Virus record (IMG/VR): IMGVR_UViG_3300045988_119994
Source: a virus
Lineage: Duplodnaviria > Heunggongvirae > Uroviricota > Caudoviricetes
Length of the DNA stretch: 35,664 nt
Strand: one strand, 5' to 3'
Shown: piece by piece, positions 7,255 to 15,333 of the stretch
Layout: every line of letters starts with the position of its first letter
Numbering within the stretch: the stretch's first letter is position 1
Position numbers and translations under genes: made by a program
The notes under the pieces: generated by a model
Databases searched by the model: none
What the model was told of the DNA's origin: nothing
The model's input: the letters and a program-made list of their open reading frames with translations, nothing else

Positions 7255-7278
7255 AGCGTCCTGTAGGGCGCTTTTTTG
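7255..7278 (+). terminator. candidate rho-independent terminator (plus strand) between the 144-aa gene and cI
   Basis: 7-bp stem (AGCGTCC / GGGCGCT, one G-U), TGTA loop, then TTTTTTGTT. Confidence 0.45.
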
Positions 7279-7443
7279 TTGCTAACGAATCATCCTGGAC
7301 TTCATATGCCCCAGGCGGCTACTTCGTGGGCGTCCTGCCTGTTCGTTTTTGACATTTACTGACTGCTTACGACACATGCACCGTGTTGCAACCAGATTTT
7401 GTTGTAATCCTGTAGTTGGTCTGGAACAAAAGATAAAATTAAA

Positions 7444-7480
7444 TTGCGAGATATGCAAGTGATATTTGCGAGATATGCAA
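7444..7480. promoter_or_regulatory. oL-like operators: two identical 15-bp sites TTGCGAGATATGCAA, 22 bp centre to centre
   Basis: Sites at 7444-7458 and 7466-7480; TTGC-N7-GCAA inverted half-sites; same motif recurs in the cI-cro intergenic region. Confidence 0.6.
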
Positions 7481-7488
7481 ATTTATAG

Positions 7489-7514
7489 GTAATAAAAAGC
7501 CACCTTTCGGTGGC
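7489..7514 (-). terminator. rho-independent terminator downstream of cI
   Basis: Minus-strand hairpin GCCACC-GAAA-GGTGGC (7499-7514) followed by TTTTTATT. Confidence 0.55.
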
Positions 7515-7534
7515 CGATGGATGGGATATTGAGG

Positions 7535-8227
7535 TTAATTATGTCTCTTAAGGGTTTGCGACTGACTGATTAAGACCTTTCCAAAGACCATGAATCGGTG
7601 TTCGTTTTCGCTAGTAATTCCCCATTCACGGTAAATCTGGTTATCAGAAATCACCAGCAGTTTGTCAGGAATCATTTGAAGTCTTTTAACGTATATTTTG
7701 TCATCAAAACCAAAGACATATATACCATCACCATCAAACTGATTGATGCTGACATCAACGAAGATGAGATCTCCTGGCTCAATGGTTGGACACATACTGT
7801 CCCCACGAACGTTGATAACTTTGATGTGATTGGCTGGTCGTCCGCCGAACATTGATACAGCATTATCAGTTCTGTATTCGATGGCATGAATCACATCAAT
7901 GACATCACCGCCCTGGATAAGGCCATTTCCCGCACTGGCACTGATATCCAGCATTTCAATACGGAACACATCCTTCACCTGCGCAACATCCTCATTATTA
8001 CTGTTTTTATATACAGTATTACTTTTGTGGGCAGAGGTAAAGAGATCAGCAATATCAACACCTAAGCTCTTGGCAATATTACTCAGTGTTTGTTCGGTAA
8101 ATTGTTTTTGCTTACCCGTTTCTAAGCGCGAGATGTTCGCCGCATCTACTCCTATCGCTTCAGCGAGATCGGCGATTTTCATGTTCTTCGCTTGGCGAAG
8201 TTGTCTGACTCGGTTTCCTATGTTCAT
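7535..8227 (-). CDS. cI: CI-type repressor (N-terminal HTH, C-terminal peptidase S24 / LexA-like autocleavage domain); CohE-like
   Basis: 230-aa ORF; HTH in MKIADLAEAIGVDAANISRLETGK; C-terminal GDSMCPTIEPGDLIFVD and KRL motifs typical of S24; divergent from cro; weak SD. Confidence 0.9.
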   Translation of the reverse strand: MNIGNRVRQLRQAKNMKIADLAEAIGVDAANISRLETGKQKQFTEQTLSNIAKSLGVDIADLFTSAHKSNTVYKNSNNEDVAQVKDVFRIEMLDISASAGNGLIQGGDVIDVIHAIEYRTDNAVSMFGGRPANHIKVINVRGDSMCPTIEPGDLIFVDVSINQFDGDGIYVFGFDDKIYVKRLQMIPDKLLVISDNQIYREWGITSENEHRFMVFGKVLISQSQTLKRHN

Positions 8228-8247
8228 GCGTTTATTACATTTCTTTA

Positions 8248-8310
8248 TTGCGTGATAAGCAAATCAACTTGCGCAAAATAATTGCGTGAAATAACATGCA
8301 TAACGCGCAA
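8248..8310. promoter_or_regulatory. oR-like operator region (strong site TTGCGTGATAAGCAA at 8248-8262; palindrome TTGCGCAA at 8269-8276; weaker site at 8296-8310)
   Basis: Same TTGCG-N5-TGCAA family as oL; lies between divergent cI and cro. Confidence 0.55.
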
Positions 8311-8324
8311 TATTTGGAGGGCGT

Positions 8325-8585
8325 ATGCAATCACCATTACGAAATGTGCGTAAGGCGCATGGTTTCACTTTGCAGCATGTTGCTGCGGGTGTTCAAGTCA
8401 ATCCAGCGACGTTGAGTCGTATTGAGAGGCTGGAGCAGATTCCATCTATCGAGCTTGCAGAACGTTTAGCCAATTTTTTTAAGGGTGAAGTCAGCGAAAT
8501 GCAGATTCTTTATCCGGCACGTTTTCAATCTAGCCAAAACCAGAATGGGTTTAAACCACAGGAACAGGAGGTGAACCGTGGGTAA
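8325..8585 (+). CDS. cro: Cro-like HTH regulator
   Basis: 86-aa ORF divergent from cI; GGAGG SD; HTH in FTLQHVAAGVQVNPATLSRIERLE. Confidence 0.85.
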   Translation: MQSPLRNVRKAHGFTLQHVAAGVQVNPATLSRIERLEQIPSIELAERLANFFKGEVSEMQILYPARFQSSQNQNGFKPQEQEVNRG

Positions 8586-9129
8586 GCATCACTGGAAAGT
8601 AGAAAAACAGCCTGAGTGGTACGTGAAAGCTGTCAGAAAAACTATCGCAGCGTTGCCGGGGGGGTACGCTGAAGCTGCTGACTGGCTGGATGTAACAGAG
8701 AACGCATTATTTAACCGCCTTCGTGCCGATGGCGATCAGATTTTCCCGCTGGGATGGGCAATGGTTTTGCAACGTGCTGGTGGAACTCACTTCATTGCTG
8801 ACGCTGTGGCGCAGTCTGCAAATGGCGTCTTTGTGTCTCTTCCTGATGTCGAGGATGTGGACAACGCCGATATCAACCAACGCCTGCTGGAGGTCATTGA
8901 ACAGATCGGCAGTTATTCAAAACAGATTCGTTCAGCAATTGAAGACGGTGTAGTGGAACCGCATGAGAAGACAGCAATTAACGACGAGCTGTACCTCTCA
9001 ATTTCGAAGCTGCAGGAGCATGCAGCACTGGTCTACAAAATCTTTTGCGTTTCAGAAAGTAGTGACGCCCGCGAGTGTGCAGCTCCGGGCGCCGTGGCGT
9101 GTCGTGACTGTGGAGAAACTAACGCATGA
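8578..9129 (+). CDS. early regulatory protein, YmfL-like
   Basis: 183-aa ORF with GTG start overlapping cro stop, AGGAGG SD; synteny with e14 ymfL as recalled; no motif verified. Confidence 0.6.
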   Translation: MGKHHWKVEKQPEWYVKAVRKTIAALPGGYAEAADWLDVTENALFNRLRADGDQIFPLGWAMVLQRAGGTHFIADAVAQSANGVFVSLPDVEDVDNADINQRLLEVIEQIGSYSKQIRSAIEDGVVEPHEKTAINDELYLSISKLQEHAALVYKIFCVSESSDARECAAPGAVACRDCGETNA

Positions 9130-9464
9130 ACAGTTTAACAACACACTACCGTCGCTCGCAACTGATTGCGCTTCCTGTACCGGGTGGAAAAGCGAAGGTG
9201 GAGTATTGCTATGCAGTAAATGTACCAGGTGACAGGGAAATTGTAACCCACAGCTTTGCTGAGTGGGCTGTGGGTGATTTCAACCGGCAGAAGGAGACAG
9301 TCCTTTGCGACAAGTTAACCGCTGGTTCAAAGATCACTACGGAGTGCCCGTCAGAGTCATTCGTTGGGAGCCGGAAACACAACGAGTTATCTACCTCCGC
9401 GAAGGCTATGAGCATGAGTGCTTCAGCCCGCTCGAACAGTTTCGTCGTAAATTCAGGGAAATAG
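9126..9464 (+). CDS. ymfM: YmfM-like protein (candidate SOS-associated division inhibitor)
   Basis: 112-aa ORF, ATG overlapping upstream stop (ATGA); size and position match e14 ymfM as recalled; an alternative-frame ORF (9305-9484) overlaps its 3' half. Confidence 0.5.
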   Translation: MNSLTTHYRRSQLIALPVPGGKAKVEYCYAVNVPGDREIVTHSFAEWAVGDFNRQKETVLCDKLTAGSKITTECPSESFVGSRKHNELSTSAKAMSMSASARSNSFVVNSGK

Positions 9465-9473
9465 AGGTCGGTC

Positions 9474-10415
9474 ATGAGCACTAAATTAACCGGCTATGTA
9501 TGGGATGGTTGCGCTGCATCAGGCATGAAATTATCCAGCGTGGCAATTATGGCCCGCCTGGCTGATTTCAGTAATGACGAAGGTGTGTGTTGGCCATCAA
9601 TTGAAACCATTGCCCGTCAGATTGGCGCGGGGATGAGTACCGTCAGGACGGCTATCGCACGGCTGGAAGCAGAAGGCTGGTTAACGCGTAAGGCGCGTCG
9701 CCAGGGTAACCGCAATGCGTCGAATGTTTATCAGCTTAACGTTGCGAAGCTTCAGGCAGCGGCATTTTCTCAACTGTCAGATTCTGACCCGTCAAAATCT
9801 GACGCATCAAAATCTGACCCGTCAAAATTTGATGCGTCGAAATCTGGCAAAAAAGCGGGTTTTCACCCGTCAGAATCTGGCGGGGATCCGTCAGTAAAAT
9901 CAAAACATGATCCGTCAGATAAAAAACCTTCTCGTCCGGACGCTTCGCAACCGGACACGCAGACGGATGAACAGGATTTTTTAACTCGCCATCCTGATGC
10001 GGTTGTATTCAGCCCTAAAAAGCGCCATTGGGGAACGCAGGATGATTTGACCTGCGCACAGTGGCTCTGGAAAAAAATCATCGCCCTGTACGAGCAAGCC
10101 GCCGAATGTGACGGCGAGGTGGTTCGTCCCAAAGAACCGAACTGGACAGCCTGGGCAAACGAAATTCGCCTGATGTGTGTGCAGGATGGTCGTACTCACA
10201 AACAAATCTGCGAGATGTACAGCCGCGTCAGCCGCGATCCGTTCTGGTGCCGTAACGTGCTCAGCCCGTCGAAGTTGCGGGAAAAATGGGATGAGCTTTC
10301 CCTGCGCTTATCACCGTCCGTCAGCACGTACACCGAAAAACGCGAAGACCCGTACTTCAAATCCAGTTACGACAACGTGGACTACAGCCAGATCCCGGCA
10401 GGATTCAGGGGGTGA
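9474..10415 (+). CDS. replication initiation protein (N-terminal winged-helix DNA-binding domain) with internal origin iterons
   Basis: 313-aa ORF; N-terminal VCWPSIETIARQIGAGMSTVRTAIARLEAEGWL resembles phage replication-protein HTH; tandem 15-bp repeats inside the gene. Confidence 0.8.
   Translation: MSTKLTGYVWDGCAASGMKLSSVAIMARLADFSNDEGVCWPSIETIARQIGAGMSTVRTAIARLEAEGWLTRKARRQGNRNASNVYQLNVAKLQAAAFSQLSDSDPSKSDASKSDPSKFDASKSGKKAGFHPSESGGDPSVKSKHDPSDKKPSRPDASQPDTQTDEQDFLTRHPDAVVFSPKKRHWGTQDDLTCAQWLWKKIIALYEQAAECDGEVVRPKEPNWTAWANEIRLMCVQDGRTHKQICEMYSRVSRDPFWCRNVLSPSKLREKWDELSLRLSPSVSTYTEKREDPYFKSSYDNVDYSQIPAGFRG
9786..9924. repeat. iteron array (probable replication origin): four tandem 15-bp repeats GAYSCRTCRAAATYT (9786-9845) plus three related copies (9864-9878, 9885-9900, 9908-9924)
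   Basis: Direct repeats read in sequence; encode the repetitive SDPSK/SDASK peptide; analogous to lambda ori inside gene O. Confidence 0.7.
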
Positions 10416-10417
10416 TC

Positions 10418-10906
10418 ATGAGTCTTTTGAATGAAGTTCAGAAATTCATTGAAGCCCATCCGGGATGTACTTCCGGAGACATTGCGGATGCTTTTGCAGG
10501 TTACTCACGGCAGCGCGTTCTGCAGTCAGCAAGCAAGTTACGTCAGAGTGGGCGTGTGGCTCACCGTTGTGAAGGAGATACACGCAGACATTTCCCGCGC
10601 CTGACTGAGAGAGCGCAGGAACCGGAACCACAACCAGTTCGAGAAACCAGACCTGTGCGCAATTTCTATGTCGGCACTAACGATCCACGGGTGATTTTGT
10701 GCCTGACCCGCCAGGCTGAAGAACTGGAGTCCAGGGGCTTATACCGTCGTGCTGCAACCGTGTGGATGGCGGCATTCCGTGAAAGCCACTCCCAGCCAGA
10801 ACGAAACAATTTTCTGGCGCGTCGTGAGCGGTGCTTACGGAAAAGCAGCAAGCGCGCTGCATCGGGTGAAGAGTGGTATCTGTCAGGGAATTACGTGGGG
10901 GCTTAA
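10418..10906 (+). CDS. hypothetical regulatory protein (N-terminal winged-helix-like; C-terminal part reminiscent of PerC-like regulators)
   Basis: 162-aa ORF from ATG at 10418 just after the rep stop; family assignment from memory, low certainty. Confidence 0.55.
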   Translation: MSLLNEVQKFIEAHPGCTSGDIADAFAGYSRQRVLQSASKLRQSGRVAHRCEGDTRRHFPRLTERAQEPEPQPVRETRPVRNFYVGTNDPRVILCLTRQAEELESRGLYRRAATVWMAAFRESHSQPERNNFLARRERCLRKSSKRAASGEEWYLSGNYVGA

Positions 10907-11559
10907 TGAGTAATAAATATTGCCAGGCGCTGGTGGAACTGCGGAACAAACCAGCCCATGAACTGAAGGAAGTGGGCGATCAGTGGCGCACGCCGGACAA
11001 CATTTTCTGGGGAATTAACACCCTGTTTGGCCCGTTTGTTCTGGATCTGTTTACTGACGGTGATAACGCCAAATGTGCCGCGTATTACACGGCGGAAGAT
11101 AACGCGCTGGCGCATGACTGGTCAGAACGTCTTGCGGAGCTTAAAGGTGCTGCCTTTGGTAATCCCCCATACAGCCGCGCCAGTCAGCATGAGGGACAAT
11201 ACATCACCGGCATGCGTTACATCATGAAACATGCCAGTGCCATGCGTGATAAGGGCGGGCGCTATGTTTTCCTGATCAAAGCTGCCACCAGCGAAGTGTG
11301 GTGGCCGGAAGATGCGGACCATATTGCTTTTATTCGCGGGCGTATTGGTTTTGAACTGCCTGCCTGGTTTATCCCGAAGGATGAGAAGCAGGTGCCGACA
11401 GGCGCTTTCTTCGCTGGTGCTATTGCTGTTTTCGACAAGACCTGGAAGGGACCGGCAATCAGCTACATCGGGCGCGATGAACTTGAGGCATGTGGTGAAG
11501 CCTTTCTGGTGCAGGTTCGCCAGCAGGCGGAAAAACTGGTCAGGGAGATGGCGGCATGA
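10906..11559 (+). CDS. phage DNA N6-adenine methyltransferase (Dam-like, orphan)
   Basis: NPPY catalytic motif (FGNPPYSRA); start overlaps upstream stop (TAATG); no adjacent restriction gene. Confidence 0.8.
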   Translation: MSNKYCQALVELRNKPAHELKEVGDQWRTPDNIFWGINTLFGPFVLDLFTDGDNAKCAAYYTAEDNALAHDWSERLAELKGAAFGNPPYSRASQHEGQYITGMRYIMKHASAMRDKGGRYVFLIKAATSEVWWPEDADHIAFIRGRIGFELPAWFIPKDEKQVPTGAFFAGAIAVFDKTWKGPAISYIGRDELEACGEAFLVQVRQQAEKLVREMAA

Positions 11560-11882
11560 CGACGTTAACTCAATGCCAGCAGCAGGTGCTGGATATGCTG
11601 ATTTCTTACCAGAAAGAGCGTGGCTTTCCGCCAACCAATCAGGAGGTGGCAACCATGCTGGGATACCGTTCAGTGAATGCAGCGGTAGAGCATCTTCGTG
11701 CACTGGAGAAAAAAGGCGTCATCACGATAAAGCGTGGCGTGGCCCGGGGGATAACGCTTCATACCGCGGTGAAGGACGACGACAGCGAGGCGGTCGGGAT
11801 TATCCGCGCACTGCTTGCCAGTGAGGAAAACGCCAGGCTGCGTGCAGCCCACTGGTTACATGAGAGAGGCCTGAAAGTATGA
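11556..11882 (+). CDS. LexA DNA-binding-domain-only protein (no peptidase S24 domain)
   Basis: 108 aa; aligns with the LexA N-terminal winged helix (LT-QQ-VLD...G-PPT..E-A..LG-RS-NAA-EHL-AL-KKGVI...ARGI-L); C-terminal ~40 aa is a short helical tail. Confidence 0.8.
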   Translation: MTTLTQCQQQVLDMLISYQKERGFPPTNQEVATMLGYRSVNAAVEHLRALEKKGVITIKRGVARGITLHTAVKDDDSEAVGIIRALLASEENARLRAAHWLHERGLKV

Positions 11883-12268
11883 AGCTGATCTTGCCTTTCC
11901 CGCCCAGCGTGAACACGTACTGGCGACACCCCAACAAAGGGGCGTTTGCTGGTAAGAGTCTGATAAGCGCGGTGGGGCGAAAATTCCAGAGCGCGGCGTG
12001 CGCAGCAATAGTTGAGCAGTTACGTCGTCTGCCGAAACCAACGTCGGCACCTGCTTCAGTGGAGATCGTGTTGTTTCCTCCGGATAACCGGATCCGCGAT
12101 CTGGACAACTATAACAAGGCGCTGTTTGACGCCCTGACCCACGCGGGTGTGTGGGAAGACGACAGTCAGGTGAAAAGAATGCTGGTGGAGTGGGGACCGG
12201 TTATCCCGGGAGGGAAGGTCGAGATCACTATCAGTAAGTACGAGAAAACGGCGGGTGCAGCCGCCTGA
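11879..12268 (+). CDS. rusA: Holliday junction resolvase RusA
   Basis: 129 aa; LPFPPSVNTYWRH...DLDNYNKALFDALTHAGVWEDDSQV matches RusA catalytic region. Confidence 0.9.
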   Translation: MKLILPFPPSVNTYWRHPNKGAFAGKSLISAVGRKFQSAACAAIVEQLRRLPKPTSAPASVEIVLFPPDNRIRDLDNYNKALFDALTHAGVWEDDSQVKRMLVEWGPVIPGGKVEITISKYEKTAGAAA

Positions 12269-12287
12269 TTAAGAGGAGAAACGAAGT

Positions 12288-13097
12288 ATGAATAATCTGA
12301 TGGTCATTGATGGTATTGAAGTTCGTCGTGATGCTTATGGGCGTTACAGCCTGAACGATCTGCACAGGGCAGCCGGGGGAGAACAAAAAAACCGCCCGAA
12401 ATACTGGCTCTCCAATAAGCAAACCTGTGAATTGATTGAACAACTTTTCACCGAGGGTGGAATTCCGCCTCTGGAACAAAATCAACCAGTTAGCGTCATT
12501 AATGGCGGAAATAACCAGGGGACGTATGTCTGCAAAGAACTGGTGTATGCCTATGCAATGTGGATCAGCCCGTCATTCCATCTGAAGGTGATCCGTACTT
12601 TCGATATGGTAACCAGCGTACCGGAAAAATTATCCGGGCAGGCTGCTGACAAGATGCAGGCTGGAGTGATTCTGCTGGACTTTATGCGCAGGGAGTTAAA
12701 CCTGTCTAACTCTTCAGTGCTTGGGGCCTGTCAGAAACTCCAGGAGGCTGTTGGCTTACCGAATCTGGCACCGCGCTATGCCATTGATGCTCCTGCTGAC
12801 GCGCCTGATGGCTCAAGTCGCCCGACACTGTCGCTGAGTGCACTGCTGAAACAGTATGGTATCCGCCTTACAGCTAATCAGGCATATCACCAGATGGCGA
12901 AGCTGGGGATCGTCGAGCAGCGCGAACGATACAGCCGTACCGCGATTAACAACATCAAAAAATTCTGGTCGCTGACGGCGAAAGGCTGCATGTTCGGCAA
13001 GAACATCACCAGTCCCGCAAATCCGCGCGAGACGCAGCCGCATTTCTTCGAATCCCGATTCCCTGAGCTGTTAAAGTTGCTCGATACCGTTCATTGA
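12288..13097 (+). CDS. KilA-N domain protein
   Basis: 269 aa; N-terminal IDGIEVRRDAYGRYSLNDLHRAAGG...WLSNKQTCELI is a KilA-N signature. Confidence 0.8.
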   Translation: MNNLMVIDGIEVRRDAYGRYSLNDLHRAAGGEQKNRPKYWLSNKQTCELIEQLFTEGGIPPLEQNQPVSVINGGNNQGTYVCKELVYAYAMWISPSFHLKVIRTFDMVTSVPEKLSGQAADKMQAGVILLDFMRRELNLSNSSVLGACQKLQEAVGLPNLAPRYAIDAPADAPDGSSRPTLSLSALLKQYGIRLTANQAYHQMAKLGIVEQRERYSRTAINNIKKFWSLTAKGCMFGKNITSPANPRETQPHFFESRFPELLKLLDTVH

Positions 13098-13098
13098 G

Positions 13099-14094
13099 GT
13101 GACCGTGAGAGCACTACTGACCCCTGAAATAGCCCCGCGTATGGGGATCGTATTGTTCAGACCAGGTTCAGAGCTGATGCCCCTGTTTATGCAGGGGCGT
13201 GTACTGCTGGAGCCTGAGCCGGAACGTTATTCATCTTTCGCCAGTGGTGCCGTTCCCGCGGCATCACAACCGCTGGCGGATGATCCTGCTGTTCGGGCCG
13301 TGTTCCGCAATGAGGCAGTGATCCGTCGTGCTGGTGGCGTAGAATGTCTTGAAAGCTGGTTACTTCGTGAAAAAGGCTGCCAGTGGCCTCATTCCGACTG
13401 GCACAGCGAGAACATGACCACAATGCGACACGCTCCGGGCGCAATCCGTCTGTGCTGGCACTGTGATAACCAGCTGCGCGATCAGTTCACGGAACGGCTG
13501 GAATCAATGGCAACGGATAACTGTGCCCGCTGGGTGTTGTCTGTTGTGCGTCGGGATCTCGGTTTTGATGATAGTCACGTTGTGACAATGCCGGAACTGT
13601 GCTGGTGGCTGATTCGTAATGACCTGGCGGATGCCTTACCGGAAAGTGCAGCCCGTAAGGCACTGAGATTACCAAAGCCTGTTGTGCCGTCTGTCACCCG
13701 GGAAAGTGACCTTGTGCCTTCGGTTCCTGCCACCAGCATCATCCAGGATAAGGCAAAAAAGGTGCTGGCGCTGAAAGTGGATCCGGAGTCGCCGGAGTCT
13801 TTTATGTTACGCCCAAAACGTCGCCGCTGGGTTAATGAAAAGTACACGCGCTGGGTTAAGACACAGCCGTGTGCATGTTGTGGAAAGCCCGCTGATGATC
13901 CCCACCACCTGATAGGCCACGGTCAGGGGGGAATGGGTACAAAAGCGCATGACCTCTTTGTGTTGCCTTTGTGCAGAAAGCATCACGACGAGCTGCATGC
14001 GGATACCGTGGCATTTGAAGAGAAGTATGGCTCCCAGCTGGAGCTGATATTTCGTTTTATCGATCGTGCGCTGGAAATAGGCGTGCTGGCCTGA
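13099..14094 (+). CDS. DUF968 family phage protein (YdfU-like)
   Basis: 331 aa; Cys/His-rich C-terminus (CACCGKP...HHLIGHG...CRKHHDELH); family recalled from prophage Qin; start may be GTG at 13105. Confidence 0.65.
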   Translation: MTVRALLTPEIAPRMGIVLFRPGSELMPLFMQGRVLLEPEPERYSSFASGAVPAASQPLADDPAVRAVFRNEAVIRRAGGVECLESWLLREKGCQWPHSDWHSENMTTMRHAPGAIRLCWHCDNQLRDQFTERLESMATDNCARWVLSVVRRDLGFDDSHVVTMPELCWWLIRNDLADALPESAARKALRLPKPVVPSVTRESDLVPSVPATSIIQDKAKKVLALKVDPESPESFMLRPKRRRWVNEKYTRWVKTQPCACCGKPADDPHHLIGHGQGGMGTKAHDLFVLPLCRKHHDELHADTVAFEEKYGSQLELIFRFIDRALEIGVLA

Positions 14095-14111
14095 TTTTGT
14101 GGAGAAATTTG

Positions 14112-14477
14112 ATGCGTGATATTCAGATCATCCTTGAACGTTGGGGGGCATGGGCAGCTAGTGATAGCTCAGGAGTGGACTATTCGCCTATAGCTGCTGG
14201 GTTTAAGGGACTTCTTCCCTATACCAGTAAGGCACGCCAAGCTTGTTCAGATAATGATGCGCTAATTATTGAAAGTTGCTTGGAGCAACTAAAAAAAAGA
14301 AAACCTTATGAGCATTCTCTACTGGTTGCGCATTATTTGTACGGGTTTTCAAAGCGGAAGATTGCCAAAGTACAAGGAAAGGATGAGAAATTAATCCGTA
14401 TAGAAATATTGTTAGCAGAGGGATTCATTGATGGTTGCCTTTCTACTCTCGATATTCATTTAGATATGGAGTTATAA
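14112..14477 (+). CDS. late-gene antiterminator Q (QuuD-like)
   Basis: MRDIQIILERWGAWAA... N-terminus matches QuuD-type antiterminators as recalled; GGAGA SD. Confidence 0.8.
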   Translation: MRDIQIILERWGAWAASDSSGVDYSPIAAGFKGLLPYTSKARQACSDNDALIIESCLEQLKKRKPYEHSLLVAHYLYGFSKRKIAKVQGKDEKLIRIEILLAEGFIDGCLSTLDIHLDMEL

Positions 14478-14487
14478 TAAAAAATAA

Positions 14488-14512
14488 CCCCGTAAACTTT
14501 ATGTTTACGGGG
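14488..14512. terminator. bidirectional terminator between convergent Q and TIR genes
   Basis: Perfect 10-bp stem CCCCGTAAAC / GTTTACGGGG, 5-nt loop, A-tract upstream and T-tract downstream. Confidence 0.6.
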
Positions 14513-14517
14513 GAAGG

Positions 14518-15333
14518 TTATTTCTTTTTTTTATTACTTTCAGATAATCGTTGGTTTAATGTGTATTTTATTTGGTTCCTAATCATTTTTTCAGGAATGT
14601 CATATTTGTCTAAGAATGATATTATTTCATCCTCGTCAAGCAATCCATTCTTTATAATTTCATCTATCTGTTTTTGTAGATACCAAACATCCTTCTGTTC
14701 TACAGGAGTTAAATTCATATGGCTATTTATGGAGTTGATAGTAGCATCACGTTCAAGAACTCTAATCCTTTGATTTAATGAACGAGTGTTTTGTAATATT
14801 TCAGATAAAAGATCTTGTTCAGTACGTGGTTTTACTTCTTCAGTTGGAGGGTATTGATCTAAAGCTCGTTTAAAATTGTTTTCAAATTGCTCCCAGTATG
14901 TATTAAAAACTTGCTTTAGAATACGGTCATCTAAAGATTTATCGACAAGACAATTGTTTATTGTCCTTACTAATTCCCAAACACTCTCTTTATTTGGCGT
15001 TGTGTGATTGAATTGAGCAAGTGGATCTTTTAAATCTTCTGGTTTTAAGTCAATCAAGAATGTACAAACTTTATTTGTTGAAAGTCCTTTTGCTAGTGCT
15101 CCTGTTTCAAACAAAATCCATGGTTTATTTTTATTTTCTTGTGTCAAACATACAATTCCGACAGATACATCTTTTAATTTATCATTAATTTCAGAGAACC
15201 ATATAGCGCCACGATCAATATCTCTGGTTGAAATCCATGGCTGCGAAGCTTGGATAACACACTTCAGCCAGTCGCTAATAAGTTCTGCAACAGCTTGACT
15301 TCTTTGCCCAGACCAACTTATGAACACTTTCAT
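14518..15333 (-). CDS. TIR-domain protein (N-terminal TIR-like domain plus ~170-aa helical C-terminal domain); AT-rich moron
   Basis: From ATG at 15333 (GGAG SD 6 nt upstream): MKVFISWSGQRS... then PWILFETGA with Trp-x3-Glu; markedly AT-rich; opposite strand to late operon. Confidence 0.8.
   Translation of the reverse strand: MKVFISWSGQRSQAVAELISDWLKCVIQASQPWISTRDIDRGAIWFSEINDKLKDVSVGIVCLTQENKNKPWILFETGALAKGLSTNKVCTFLIDLKPEDLKDPLAQFNHTTPNKESVWELVRTINNCLVDKSLDDRILKQVFNTYWEQFENNFKRALDQYPPTEEVKPRTEQDLLSEILQNTRSLNQRIRVLERDATINSINSHMNLTPVEQKDVWYLQKQIDEIIKNGLLDEDEIISFLDKYDIPEKMIRNQIKYTLNQRLSESNKKKK

Noticed and set aside
14518-15333. Complete Thoeris system
   Set aside because: Only a TIR-domain gene is present; no ThsA-like SIR2, SLOG or Macro gene on either side (Q upstream, lysis genes downstream).
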